From Chloroflexota bacterium (lineage in GTDB: Bacteria; Chloroflexota; Chloroflexia; Chloroflexales; Herpetosiphonaceae): 64,000 nucleotides of DNA. The translations under genes were made by a program, and so were the position numbers. Positions 1 through 10,034 of this stretch are shown one piece after another. Each line of letters begins with the position of its first letter. Position 1 is the stretch's first letter. Below the pieces are notes generated by a model. That model did not search any database. It was given only the letters and a program-made list of their open reading frames with translations, and had not been told where the DNA came from. The stretch is taken from the NCBI GenBank assembly GCA_020161265.1, contig JAIUOC010000003.1:299024-363023 (forward strand). Direction: 5' to 3'.

Positions 1-563
1 GCCCAGAAGCCTTCTTTGCCCACTTCGAGCGCCAAGAAATGCTCGGGGCAATCGACCGCGAATGGATCGATTATCTGACGGCGGTTGATGAATTGCGCCA
101 AGGCATCGGCAATGTCGCAATTGCCCAACAAGATCCATTGGTAGCCTTCAAGCGCGAAGCCTTTAAGATGTTCGACGAACTCAAAGGCAACATCCAAAAC
201 CGAATCGTCTACAACTTCTTTACCGATGCAGCCAACTGGCAAGTGCGTTTGCGCCAAGTTGAGCTTGAAATGGAAGCCCGTTTGGCCATGGCTCAAACCG
301 CTGGTGGCTCAGAAAACGCCACCGAAGAAGCGCCCAAGCCTGCCAAGCGTGGCGTTGGTGGGGCGGCACGTCGGGTCAGCAATGCCGCAGGCCAAGCTGC
401 ACCAGCCCGCCGAATCGTGATCAAAATCGGACGCAATGATCCTTGTCCATGCGATAGCGGCAAGAAGTTCAAAGCATGCCACGGCTTGCCGGGCAAAGAA
501 GCCGAACTTGAGGCGATTTTGGCGGTCAAGCATACCCACGCGCAAGCGGTTGGTAAAAAATAG
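1..563 (+). CDS. secA: Preprotein translocase SecA, C-terminal fragment (5' end lies outside the window)
   Basis: C-terminal zinc-binding tail '[21 protein letters not shown]' is typical of SecA. The ORF is open to the window start. Confidence 0.85.
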   Translation, partial: PEAFFAHFERQEMLGAIDREWIDYLTAVDELRQGIGNVAIAQQDPLVAFKREAFKMFDELKGNIQNRIVYNFFTDAANWQVRLRQVELEMEARLAMAQTAGGSENATEEAPKPAKRGVGGAARRVSNAAGQAAPARRIVIKIGRNDPCPCDSGKKFKACHGLPGKEAELEAILAVKHTHAQAVGKK

Positions 564-928
564 CATTTGGTATAACCGATAATCGTTGGTGGGCCGTGGG
601 GTATGTTTGCTCCACGGCCTTTTTGTAGCACATAGCGATTGGGGATCGGTTGTCGGGGGTTGGGGATCGGTTATAAATGCTGGGGTATGCAGCTAGTAGT
701 TTGGGGATAGCAAGATAATCATCAAAATCTATGCTAATCTGTGGCTTAAAACAGCCCTTCGTGTAATTCGTGTAATTCGTGGCTCAATCGCTTTGCGGTT
801 TCATTCTTCGTGCGCTTCGTGTTCTTCTTGGTTTCAACATGCAGCTTTTATGGTTTGGTCAAAATCAATTTAGCGCCTCTGGGTTAAAATAGCTATTTGT
901 AATAATCTTGATGAATAGAGATCTGCAT

Positions 929-2038
929 ATGCGAATTGTAGTTAAACTTGGCACGAGCGTTTTGACCGATGGAACCGACCGTTTACGTCGCCCGCGCATG
1001 GTCGATTTAGCTCGTCAGATGGCCCAATTACGTGAGGCTGGCCACGAAGTTGTCTTGGTTTCTTCAGGCGCAGTTCTGGCTGGTTGGGAGCGACTGGGCT
1101 TTCCCAAACGGCGGCGTGAGTTGACCCATAAACAGGCTTTGGCGGCAGTTGGGCAGGGCCGTTTGATGCATATTTATGGCCAATTATTTGAAATTTACGA
1201 TGTGCCGGTGGCTCAAACGCTGCTGACCCGCGCCGACCTGCGTGATCGAGTGCGCTATCTGAATGCGCGGGCCACCTTATTAACCTGCTTAGAAATTGGC
1301 GTATTACCAATTATCAATGAAAACGATGCAGTGGCGATTGATGAAATTCGCGTCGGCGATAACGACACACTTTCAGCCTTGGTTGCGAATTTGGTTGATG
1401 CCCAGTTGTTGGTTATTTTGAGCGATATTGCTGGCTTGTATAGCGCCGACCCGCGCCATAACCCGGAAGCAACCCTCATCGACGATGTTGCAGCAGTCAA
1501 TGAACAGGTTTATGCTTTGGCAGGAGCGGCCGGTTCGCATCGTGGCACTGGCGGAATGTTCACCAAAATTCAGGCTGCCGAATTGGCGACCCGCGCTGGC
1601 ACAACCATGGTGATTGCTGCTGGCAACGAGCCGAATGTGCTAGTGCGCCTGGTTGCTGGCGAGAGTGTGGGCACCCGCTTTCGGCCAGTCAGCACCCGCT
1701 TGGAAAGCCGCAAACGTTGGATTATGGCTGAACGAGTGCGCCAAGCCCATATTGCAGTTGATGCTGGTGCAGTGCAAGCCCTAACCCATCAAGGCCGTAG
1801 CCTTTTACCTGCTGGAATTGTGTCCGTTGAAGGTGAATGGCGACGCGGCCAAACCGTAGCGATTGTTGCACCCGACGGCCAAACGATCGCCTGTGGCTTA
1901 TGCCAATATGCTGCTCACGAAGTCGCCCAAATCAAAGGCTCGCGTACCAGCGACATCGAAAGTATTCTCGGCTACTCCTACGGCGCTGAAGTCATTCACC
2001 GCGATGATATGGTAGCCTTTGTTAAGGATGAAGGATGA
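929..2038 (+). CDS. proB: Glutamate 5-kinase
   Basis: N-terminus 'MRIVVKLGTSVLTDG', an amino-acid kinase fold, then a C-terminal PUA-like region. ATG at 929 is the preferred start over 908. Confidence 0.9.
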   Translation: MRIVVKLGTSVLTDGTDRLRRPRMVDLARQMAQLREAGHEVVLVSSGAVLAGWERLGFPKRRRELTHKQALAAVGQGRLMHIYGQLFEIYDVPVAQTLLTRADLRDRVRYLNARATLLTCLEIGVLPIINENDAVAIDEIRVGDNDTLSALVANLVDAQLLVILSDIAGLYSADPRHNPEATLIDDVAAVNEQVYALAGAAGSHRGTGGMFTKIQAAELATRAGTTMVIAAGNEPNVLVRLVAGESVGTRFRPVSTRLESRKRWIMAERVRQAHIAVDAGAVQALTHQGRSLLPAGIVSVEGEWRRGQTVAIVAPDGQTIACGLCQYAAHEVAQIKGSRTSDIESILGYSYGAEVIHRDDMVAFVKDEG

Positions 2039-2187
2039 GGGATGAATTATGAAGGAAGAGCCACGAAATGATCCTTCATAATTCTATGAGGTTGAATTAT
2101 TATTTTGGGATGCTGAAAACGTGTGAATGGTTGAGGGAATATTTCATCCTTTATCCCTCATCCTTCATCCTTTCATAAAGGGGTGTT

Positions 2188-2883
2188 ATGGCTAAACTCT
2201 ATTTGATTCGCCATGGGCAGGCTGTGGTGAATGTCGAGCCGATTATTGGTGGGATCAAGGGCGATCGTGGCTTAACCGCTTTGGGCATACAACAAGCCGA
2301 ATCATTGCGTGATCGGCTGATGGCAACTCGCGAGATTGTGCCCGATCTGTTTATTTGTAGTACGATGCCACGCGCAATGCAAACTGCTGAAATTATTGCG
2401 CCAGCATTTGCTCAGCCTTTGCTCTACGATGAAAGTTTTTGCGAGTTCAACGTGGGCGAGGCTGATGGCCTGAGTTGGAAAGAGTATAATGCGCGTTATG
2501 GCAAGTTTGATTTCGACCTGCGCAAGCCTTTATCGCCTGGTGGCGAGACTTGGCAAACCTTTTGTCAACGCACGCACAGCAATTTTGAACGAGTGCTAAA
2601 CGCCAATCCCGAAGCCACGATTGTGATTGTCTGCCACGGTTGGGTGATAGAATCGTCATTAAGCTATTTTTGGCCGCATACTCGTAGCGAACAACCAAAT
2701 GTTGATCTCGAAGTAACCAATACATCCTTGACCCATTGGTATCAGCATCAGCGAGGTGGGCAGGTGCGCTGGTTTTTGGGCGGCTACAACGACGCTGTGC
2801 ATTTACATGCCGCCGTTCGTTGGCAACTCGAAGGCGATCTGGAAGGTGAGGATCATCCAGCCGCCCCGCTTGGCGAGTTATGA
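2188..2883 (+). CDS. Histidine phosphatase (phosphoglycerate mutase-like) family protein
   Basis: 'LYLIRHGQ' RHG catalytic motif at the N-terminus and 'VCHG' later in the sequence. Confidence 0.7.
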   Translation: MAKLYLIRHGQAVVNVEPIIGGIKGDRGLTALGIQQAESLRDRLMATREIVPDLFICSTMPRAMQTAEIIAPAFAQPLLYDESFCEFNVGEADGLSWKEYNARYGKFDFDLRKPLSPGGETWQTFCQRTHSNFERVLNANPEATIVIVCHGWVIESSLSYFWPHTRSEQPNVDLEVTNTSLTHWYQHQRGGQVRWFLGGYNDAVHLHAAVRWQLEGDLEGEDHPAAPLGEL

Positions 2884-2905
2884 CGGCTAGCATGAGGAGT
2901 ATCCA

Positions 2906-4168
2906 ATGCTTGAGGCAATGGGTCAGCGAGCAAAGCTGGCAGCACGCATATTGGCCCGTACAACCACAGCTCAACGGAATGCCGCTGTCGAGGCCATGGC
3001 CGAAGAACTAAGCCTTGATCGCGAATCGATTCTTTCGGCCAACGAGGCTGATATGCGGCTTGGGCGCGAGGCTGGCTTAACTCCGGCCTTGCTCGATCGT
3101 TTATTACTCAACGAGCAGCGACTTGAAGCAATTGCCAACGATGTGCGCACCGTGGCGGTCTTGCCTGATCCGGTTGGTGAGGTGTTTGAGCAAGGTGTAC
3201 TGCCAAATGGCTTGCGGATCGAGAAGCGCCGCGTGCCGCTGGGCGTGGTTGGCGTGATCTACGAGGCGCGACCAAATGTTACTGCTGATGTGGCGGCATT
3301 GTGTATCAAGGCGGGGAGTGCAGTGATTTTACGCGGTGGCAAGGAAATTACCCGTTCAGCTGGAGCGTTAGTGCAAGCTTTACGTCGCGCTTTAGAACGG
3401 GTCGATCTACCTGCTGATGCCTTGCAACTGATCGATAATCCTGATCGTGAATTGGTGCGCGGCTTGCTAACCTTGGATCGCTATGTGGATATGATTATTC
3501 CACGCGGTGGTTCGGGCTTGCACGATTTTTGTCGTAAAACTGCCACAATTCCAGTGATTACGGGCGGAATCGGGGTTTGCCACGCCTATATTGATCATAC
3601 TGCGCCACTTGAGCAAGTTGTGCCAATTATTGTTAATGCCAAAGTGCAACGCCCAAGCGTCTGCAACTCGCTCGAAACCGTGTTGATTGAGCGTAGCGCT
3701 GCGGCCAAAGTGTTGCCACGGCTTGGTGCAGCTTTGCAAGAGCAAAAGGTTGAATTGCGTTGTGATCCTGAGTCGTTGGCGATCTTACGCGAGGCTGGTA
3801 GCGCCGATTGGAACTTAGTTGCGGCCCAGCCCGATGATTTTGGTCAAGAGTTCTCGGCATTAATTTTGGCAGTACGCGTGGTCGATGGACTTGATCAGGC
3901 CATTGAGCATATTGATCACTATGGCACTGATCATTCCGACACGATTTTATCGCAAGATCCGGCGGCGATTGAGCGTTTTTTGAACGAGGTTGATTCAGCG
4001 GTGGTGTATGCCAATTCCTCAACCCGTTTCACCGATGGCTCGCAAATGGGCTTGGGTGCTGAAATTGCAATCAGCACCCAAAAATTGCATGCACGTGGCC
4101 CAATGGCTTTGCGCGAATTGACCTCGTACAAATGGGTAGTCCGTGGCGCTGGCCACATTCGCGATTGA
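2906..4168 (+). CDS. proA: Gamma-glutamyl phosphate reductase (glutamate-5-semialdehyde dehydrogenase)
   Basis: About 420 aa of the aldehyde dehydrogenase-like ProA family, next to proB. Confidence 0.9.
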   Translation: MLEAMGQRAKLAARILARTTTAQRNAAVEAMAEELSLDRESILSANEADMRLGREAGLTPALLDRLLLNEQRLEAIANDVRTVAVLPDPVGEVFEQGVLPNGLRIEKRRVPLGVVGVIYEARPNVTADVAALCIKAGSAVILRGGKEITRSAGALVQALRRALERVDLPADALQLIDNPDRELVRGLLTLDRYVDMIIPRGGSGLHDFCRKTATIPVITGGIGVCHAYIDHTAPLEQVVPIIVNAKVQRPSVCNSLETVLIERSAAAKVLPRLGAALQEQKVELRCDPESLAILREAGSADWNLVAAQPDDFGQEFSALILAVRVVDGLDQAIEHIDHYGTDHSDTILSQDPAAIERFLNEVDSAVVYANSSTRFTDGSQMGLGAEIAISTQKLHARGPMALRELTSYKWVVRGAGHIRD

Positions 4169-4173
4169 TATTG

Positions 4174-4569
4174 CTAGCGGGCAATCGCGCTAGTTTGGCG
4201 TGGATTGCCCGTTTGTTGATCGGCCCGCAAACCCCAAAGCGTCGCGACTGCGCCAACCACATCAGCGCCAGCAAAAAAGAGCAATTGCCATGGCCCTGCG
4301 CCAGTAATTACCCACCAACCAAAGATCAACGGCACGCTCAGCCGCAAAATCACCGTGGTCATGGCATAGCGGCGCAGATCGATTGGGCTAACATTCATGT
4401 GCAAAACCCCAATAAAGCCCACCAACATACCTGCCACGCGTGGCCAAACCTCAGTCGTTGCTGGCATACCAAATACACTCAAGAGTAGATTTGGCGCGAG
4501 TGCCGCCAAAAGCCCAGTGCTCACCGCATACCAACCAAACCAGCGTAAACTACGAATTGTTCTAAGCAT
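4174..4569 (-). CDS. Small hydrophobic membrane protein, hypothetical
   Basis: Internal start 'MLRTIRSL...' gives about 131 aa with 3-4 predicted TM helices. It overlaps the MerR stop by 8 bp, suggesting an operon. Confidence 0.4.
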   Translation of the reverse strand: MLRTIRSLRWFGWYAVSTGLLAALAPNLLLSVFGMPATTEVWPRVAGMLVGFIGVLHMNVSPIDLRRYAMTTVILRLSVPLIFGWWVITGAGPWQLLFFAGADVVGAVATLWGLRADQQTGNPRQTSAIAR

Positions 4570-4972
4570 CAGAAACTCCTTGTGTACAGGCCATCTCGGC
4601 CAAAGCGTGAATAACGGGGCATTCACGCGGATCATCAGCGGAACGAGCGGCAAATTCATGCAAGGCTTGGCGCAAACGCTGAAACTGTTGAACCGTTTGG
4701 TCAATCTGCTGGACTTTTTGATCAACAAATTGCTGAATCAAGGCTTGCTCGGTATTTTGCGGGCTGAGTTGTAGAAACATGCCCATTTCGCGCAAGCTAA
4801 AGCCCAATGCTTGACCTTGCTTGATTGCTAAAATTCGCGCAACTACCGTGTTTGAATAATCGCGATAGCCTGATTCACGGCGTTGGGCGGTTTCGATCAA
4901 GCCCATTCGTTCATATAAGCGCACCGTTTGCACACTCACGCCACAACGGCGAGCTACTTGACCAATTTGCAT
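4562..4972 (-). CDS. MerR family transcriptional regulator
   Basis: N-terminal HTH 'MQIGQVARRCGVSVQTVRLYERMGLI' and a C-terminal Cys/His region. Confidence 0.8.
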   Translation of the reverse strand: MQIGQVARRCGVSVQTVRLYERMGLIETAQRRESGYRDYSNTVVARILAIKQGQALGFSLREMGMFLQLSPQNTEQALIQQFVDQKVQQIDQTVQQFQRLRQALHEFAARSADDPRECPVIHALAEMACTQGVSDA

Positions 4973-5394
4973 CGCTCAATTCCTTTCTGCTGCTTAGCAT
5001 AAACCCTATACTATGCTATAGAGTCAAGCCCAAGTTTTTATTAAAATCAAAAGGCAGAAGGCAAAAATCAAAAAGTAGCAACAGGAAATTGGAATGCAGC
5101 TGTAACGCAGAGGCGCAGAGGGAAAATATGAATGATGAATATTAAACCGCCAAGGGCATGAAGAACGCGAAATGAGGCTATAGGCTATGGACTATCGACA
5201 TTTCTTGGTATTCCAATGCTGTAAATCCAATAGCCAATAGTCAGTAGCCTGTGCTTTCCCTCTCATGGCGCGGTTGCATTTGCGTGGGCGAAAGATAAAG
5301 CCTATGATATCGAACGCCAATGGCAATTTGCCGATGACGAAGCACAGAGTCATGGCGATGCTGCTTCGACGCTGATGTGGTATGGAGGATGTTC

Positions 5395-6027
5395 ATGACT
5401 GAATCAATTGGGATTCTTGGCACGGGTGAGATGGGGGGCAGTTTGGCGCGGGCCTTCAGTCGCGCAGGCTATCCAGTTTTGCTCGGCTCGCGTGATGCTG
5501 CGCGGGCAGCGGAACGGGCTACCGCGCTTGCCGTTGCTGGTGGGGGAGTGATTCAGCCTGGTGACTATGCGACGACGATCCAATCAACTTCGATCCTGAT
5601 TCTCGCGCTGGGCTTTTCTGATGCTTTTACCTTGCTCCCAACAATCGGAACTGCCTTGAACGGCAAATTGGTGGTGGATATTAGTACGCCATGGGGCGAT
5701 GAAATTGCCGACCGCTCCGCCGCCGAACGTTTAGCAGATCAGCTTCCTGCCACGGCGCAGCTTGTTGGTGCGTGGAAAACAACCTTTGCGGCGACACTTG
5801 ACGGATCACACGAGCCGCAGCACGATGTGTTTGTATCGGGGGATCAGGCAGCGGCCAAACAGCGGATAAGTGGTTTAATTCAGCAATTAGGGTTTCGGGC
5901 GGTAGATTGTGGAAACTTGGCGACTGCCCGAGTGCTGGAGGGGATGGTGCGATTGATGGGACCAATCGCACGGTCGCTTGCACCCACCGAGCGCCATGGC
6001 TCACCTGCATGGAAGTTTTTGCCTTAG
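5395..6027 (+). CDS. NADP-binding Rossmann-fold oxidoreductase (F420-dependent NADP reductase / predicted dinucleotide-binding family)
   Basis: 'IGILGTGEMGGSLARAFSRAGYPV' dinucleotide-binding motif. RBS GGAGG at 5384-5388. Confidence 0.6.
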   Translation: MTESIGILGTGEMGGSLARAFSRAGYPVLLGSRDAARAAERATALAVAGGGVIQPGDYATTIQSTSILILALGFSDAFTLLPTIGTALNGKLVVDISTPWGDEIADRSAAERLADQLPATAQLVGAWKTTFAATLDGSHEPQHDVFVSGDQAAAKQRISGLIQQLGFRAVDCGNLATARVLEGMVRLMGPIARSLAPTERHGSPAWKFLP

Positions 6028-6049
6028 GCCATGGTCATACCGTGCAAGT

Positions 6050-6658
6050 ATGCCATTGAATCGGAGAAGTGTGATAGTTTCGATGATAAATGCTCCCTTG
6101 TCGCTTCAGTATACAGTGTTAGGAATGCTATCTGGTCGCCCACCCTGCACCGATGGCGACTACGGCGATGCCGTTGATATGCTCTGGCCAACTGAAATGG
6201 CGCGGATGGGAACCGTGTTTATTCAGGCATTGACGGCACTTCACCAGCAGGTCGGCTGTCAGATGCCGCTTGTCCAACGAGAGTGGGCTTGGTGTTCCGC
6301 CGATCTAGCAGCGCATATTGCGATGTGGTATGGCGATGATGGCGGACTTACGTATGCGATGTTTCCGAAAGGCGGGCGTGGTGATCCAGTGGCGATTAGC
6401 GCACGGTGCTCGTTTATCAAAGGTGTCTTATTGCGCAAGGGCTTTTGGGATGAGACGCAGCAGTATTGGGCGGTTCCCGTGGCGGATCTGGCCTGGGGCT
6501 TTGTGCTATATCAGGTCTTATTAGATTTGCGCTGGTATGGGACGACTATGGTCTATGAGGCGATTGAAGGCCCGCTGGTGGTGGTCACGATTCCTATATC
6601 GCCCTTTGCGGAGCACTTGATGGCTACGCCCTGGCCATGGGAGAATGATCCTGTTTAG
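6050..6658 (+). CDS. Hypothetical protein
   Basis: ORF with normal codon usage and no motif I can assign. The start is uncertain (6050 or 6082). Confidence 0.4.
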   Translation: MPLNRRSVIVSMINAPLSLQYTVLGMLSGRPPCTDGDYGDAVDMLWPTEMARMGTVFIQALTALHQQVGCQMPLVQREWAWCSADLAAHIAMWYGDDGGLTYAMFPKGGRGDPVAISARCSFIKGVLLRKGFWDETQQYWAVPVADLAWGFVLYQVLLDLRWYGTTMVYEAIEGPLVVVTIPISPFAEHLMATPWPWENDPV

Positions 6659-6880
6659 TCAATTGGTATAGAGAGCAGAACCTGCTATCCAGTGATCAGG
6701 TCTAGCAGAGGGCTGGCTGACTTTGAATTTCCCTGCAACCAGCGCCTCTACGCTAAAGCATTGATCTATGCAGGAGTACAAAGATTTATTTTGAGCCACA
6801 GATTGTTTAGATTCTCCCAATAGCCTAGAGCCAATTCCCCTGACCCCTATTTTGATTTTTGCCTTCTGCCTTTTGCCCTT

Positions 6881-6921
6881 AAAAAACTCCCCCATAAACC
6901 TGTAGGCTCATGGAGGAGTTT
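6881..6921 (-). terminator. Putative Rho-independent terminator after nuoN
   Basis: Stem aaactcc/ggagttt with inner ccat/atgg pairing. On the minus strand it is followed by a U-run (plus-strand aaaaaa at 6881-6886). Confidence 0.45.
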
Positions 6922-6940
6922 CAACAACCTAGAAATTAAT

Positions 6941-8416
6941 TTAGGGAGCGACGGTCAGCACCAGCGCTTTGGCCAAATCGGTGAAGATATTCGGCAAAAT
7001 TCCCACAGCAATAATCCCAATTACGGCGACGATCACGCCCAACGAGAGCGAGGCCGTGGCATAGGTTGGTTGTGGCTCAGTGGCTTCGGCATCGCGCATC
7101 CACATCGTCACAATCACCCGCAAGTAGAAGAATGCCGAAATCACACTGGTAACCACCCCGATAATCGCCAGATAATCGAGGTTGGCATCCCAAGCGGCGC
7201 GGAAAATGCCAAACTTGCTGGCAAAGCCGGCTGTTGGTGGCACGCCCGCCAACGAGAACATAAACACGGTCATCGCTAGCGCCAACAATGGGCTACGCTT
7301 GCCCAAACCGCGTAAATCGCTCAATTCAAACACGGGCATGCCGCGATTTTCTAAAGCGATTAGCACAGCAAACGCGCCAAGATTGGTCAAGGTGTAAGCC
7401 AACAGGTAAACCGTGAAGGCGCTAATGCCTTTTTCGCTGGCTGCCAACACGCCCAGCAACATATAGCCAGCGTGAGCAATCGACGAATAAGCCAGCATGC
7501 GCTTGAGGTTGCTTTGGGCAACCGCCACGATATTGCCATAGGCCATGGTTGCAGCGGCAAATAAACCAAACAGCAATTGCCACTCAGGCTTGAGCGCAGG
7601 AAATGCTACATTCAAGAAACGCAACATGGCTGCAAACGCCGCACCCTTAGTCGCAACCGACATGTACGCGGTGACTGGTGTAGGCGCACCTTCATAAACG
7701 TCAGGTGTCCAAGCGTGGAAGGGGAACATTGAAACCTTGAAGCCCAAGGCAATCAATACAAAGCCAACCCCAGCCAACAAAATTGGATCATCAATTGCTT
7801 TGCCTGTGCTTTGCCAAGTGCTCAATTCGTTGGCAATTTGGGCTAAGTTGGTTTTGCCGGTCATGCCATAAATCAAGGCAATGCCATAGACCAAAAAGCC
7901 AGCCGCAAAACCACCAAGCAACAGATATTTAATCGCTGCTTCGCCCGATTTGAACTGCGGCACGGCAAAGCCGGTTAGCACATACAGCGCAATCGAGAGC
8001 GTTTCAACCCCAATGAAGATTGTTACAAGGTCGGTTGATTGAACCAAGAACAACATCCCCGAGGTTGCAAATAACACCAAGGGATAAAATTCGCCTTGGC
8101 TGAGATTTTGGCGTGGCATGTAATCAAAGGCAATCAGCAAGGTCAAGGCTGTGCCCGCCAGCAAAATCCAATTTACCAATACCCCAAACTTGTCAAACAC
8201 CAACATGTCTGAGAAGCCCGAGATAGTTGAGCCATAATCCAGCGCACCGAGCGCCGCCGTCACGCCAAGCCCAATCAGGCTCAACGTGAGCAAAACCCGC
8301 CGATCCGAGGTGAACATATCGACAATCAATACCAACATCGCCCAAATCATCAGGAATGCTGGCATGCCTAAGACTGTCCAGTTAATCTCCGGCGTGATAA
8401 ATGTTAAATCATTCAT
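6941..8416 (-). CDS. nuoN: NADH-quinone oxidoreductase subunit N
   Basis: 491-aa polytopic membrane protein at the end of the nuoI-N series. Confidence 0.85.
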   Translation of the reverse strand: MNDLTFITPEINWTVLGMPAFLMIWAMLVLIVDMFTSDRRVLLTLSLIGLGVTAALGALDYGSTISGFSDMLVFDKFGVLVNWILLAGTALTLLIAFDYMPRQNLSQGEFYPLVLFATSGMLFLVQSTDLVTIFIGVETLSIALYVLTGFAVPQFKSGEAAIKYLLLGGFAAGFLVYGIALIYGMTGKTNLAQIANELSTWQSTGKAIDDPILLAGVGFVLIALGFKVSMFPFHAWTPDVYEGAPTPVTAYMSVATKGAAFAAMLRFLNVAFPALKPEWQLLFGLFAAATMAYGNIVAVAQSNLKRMLAYSSIAHAGYMLLGVLAASEKGISAFTVYLLAYTLTNLGAFAVLIALENRGMPVFELSDLRGLGKRSPLLALAMTVFMFSLAGVPPTAGFASKFGIFRAAWDANLDYLAIIGVVTSVISAFFYLRVIVTMWMRDAEATEPQPTYATASLSLGVIVAVIGIIAVGILPNIFTDLAKALVLTVAP

Positions 8417-8434
8417 TCGAACTCACGCTCCGTC

Positions 8435-9988
8435 TTATTGGCCAGCAATCAGTGGCGCAGCATTAGCAACGAAGGCTTCAAGCGCCTTGATCGTTGTTTC
8501 CATTGGGCGAGTAAAGTATGACGAGTAGAGACCAATTACCAACATCAAGATACAGAGTGGTAACAAAATCGCTACTTCACGGCGGGTCAAATCGCTGAGG
8601 TGTGGCGTGCGGCGTTCGCTAAATGGCCCCGAAGCAATGCCTTGGAACATCTTGAGCAAATAGACCGCTGCCAAAATCACCCCAACTGCGGCAAACGCGG
8701 TGAACGTCCAGCCGATTGGCGAATCGAACGCGCCGAGCATAATCAAGAATTCGCCGACGAAGCCGTTCAGGCCAGGCAAGCCGACCGAGGCCATCGTGGC
8801 AAACAACAGGAAGTAGACGAACACTGGCACAACTTTCCACAAACCGCCGTAATCGGCCAATTCGCGGGTGTGAGTGCGTTCGTAAACCATCCCAATCAGC
8901 AAGAACAACGCGCCAGTGCTCAACCCGTGGTTGATCATTTGCAGCACTGCGCCTTGCAATCCAACTTCATTCAGCGCGAAAATCCCCAAAACGATAAAGC
9001 CCATGTGGCTGACTGATGAGTAGGCCACCAGCTTTTTAATATCGCTTTGAGCATACGAAAGCACTGCGCCATAGATGATCCCAATCACTGCCAGCAAGGC
9101 AATTGGCCGTGCCCATTCCTGGGCAATTTGTGGGAACAACTGGACGCAGAAGCGAATCATGCCGTAGCCGCCCATTTTCAGCAGCACCGCCGCCAGAATT
9201 ACCGAGCCAGCGGTTGGGGCTTCAACGTGGGCATCGGGCAACCATGTGTGGACGGGCCACAATGGCACTTTGACCGCAAATGCCACGAAGAACGAGAGGA
9301 ACAGCAATTTTAATTCGGTATCCGACAAGCCAAATTGATTGATATTAGCCATCAAAGTTTGCACTTGGAAGGCGGTATCAGTTGGTAAGCCTTGTTGGGC
9401 CAAATATTTGTAATTGAGCAAGCCCAAGGCAATAATGCCGATCAACATAAACACCGAGGCAGCGAAGGTATACAAGAAGAACTTCACTGTGGCATAAATG
9501 CGGCGCTTGCCACCCCACATCCCAATCAAGAAATACATTGGAATGAGGGTGAATTCCCAGAAGATATAGAACAAGAACAGGTCTTGAGCGAGGAACACGC
9601 CCAACATCCCAGTTTCTTGCAACAGAATTAGCATCAAAAAGTTGTTGGTTTTCTCTTCAACATTCCAGGCACTCCAAATTGCCAAAGGAGTGACGAAAGT
9701 TGTCAACAATACCAACCACAAACTAATGCCATCAAGACCCAACTCGTAGCGCACGCCCCAATCTGGAATCCAGTTGAAATATTCGTAGAACTGAAGCCCA
9801 GCGGCATCGTGCTTGAAATTGAACAAAATTGGCAATGACACGGCAAAAACGAGTGTGCTCCAGCCCAAGGCAAAAATTCGGGCTGCTCCGCGTTGGCCGC
9901 GCATAAACGCCAGGATGATCGCACCGACGGCGGGTAAAAACACCACCAGCGATAAGATCGTAAAACCTAAGTCGTTTGTATTCGTCAA
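8435..9988 (-). CDS. nuoM: NADH-quinone oxidoreductase subunit M
   Basis: 517-aa antiporter-like subunit, e.g. 'WLPDAHVEAPTAGSV'. Confidence 0.9.
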   Translation of the reverse strand: MTNTNDLGFTILSLVVFLPAVGAIILAFMRGQRGAARIFALGWSTLVFAVSLPILFNFKHDAAGLQFYEYFNWIPDWGVRYELGLDGISLWLVLLTTFVTPLAIWSAWNVEEKTNNFLMLILLQETGMLGVFLAQDLFLFYIFWEFTLIPMYFLIGMWGGKRRIYATVKFFLYTFAASVFMLIGIIALGLLNYKYLAQQGLPTDTAFQVQTLMANINQFGLSDTELKLLFLSFFVAFAVKVPLWPVHTWLPDAHVEAPTAGSVILAAVLLKMGGYGMIRFCVQLFPQIAQEWARPIALLAVIGIIYGAVLSYAQSDIKKLVAYSSVSHMGFIVLGIFALNEVGLQGAVLQMINHGLSTGALFLLIGMVYERTHTRELADYGGLWKVVPVFVYFLLFATMASVGLPGLNGFVGEFLIMLGAFDSPIGWTFTAFAAVGVILAAVYLLKMFQGIASGPFSERRTPHLSDLTRREVAILLPLCILMLVIGLYSSYFTRPMETTIKALEAFVANAAPLIAGQ

Positions 9989-10034
9989 GGGTTACTCCTT
10001 GTGAAGTTGCAAGCCGAGGCCTGCGCTCCACGTC

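Noticed and set aside
4132-4488. 118-aa plus-strand ORF between proA and merR
   Set aside because: It overlaps the better-supported minus-strand membrane-protein ORF, and its composition is Trp/His/Pro-rich and atypical for real proteins here.
5978-6049. Long start for the hypothetical gene overlapping the oxidoreductase gene by 50 bp
   Set aside because: The overlap is in a different frame with no RBS. Internal ATGs at 6050 and 6082 are more plausible.
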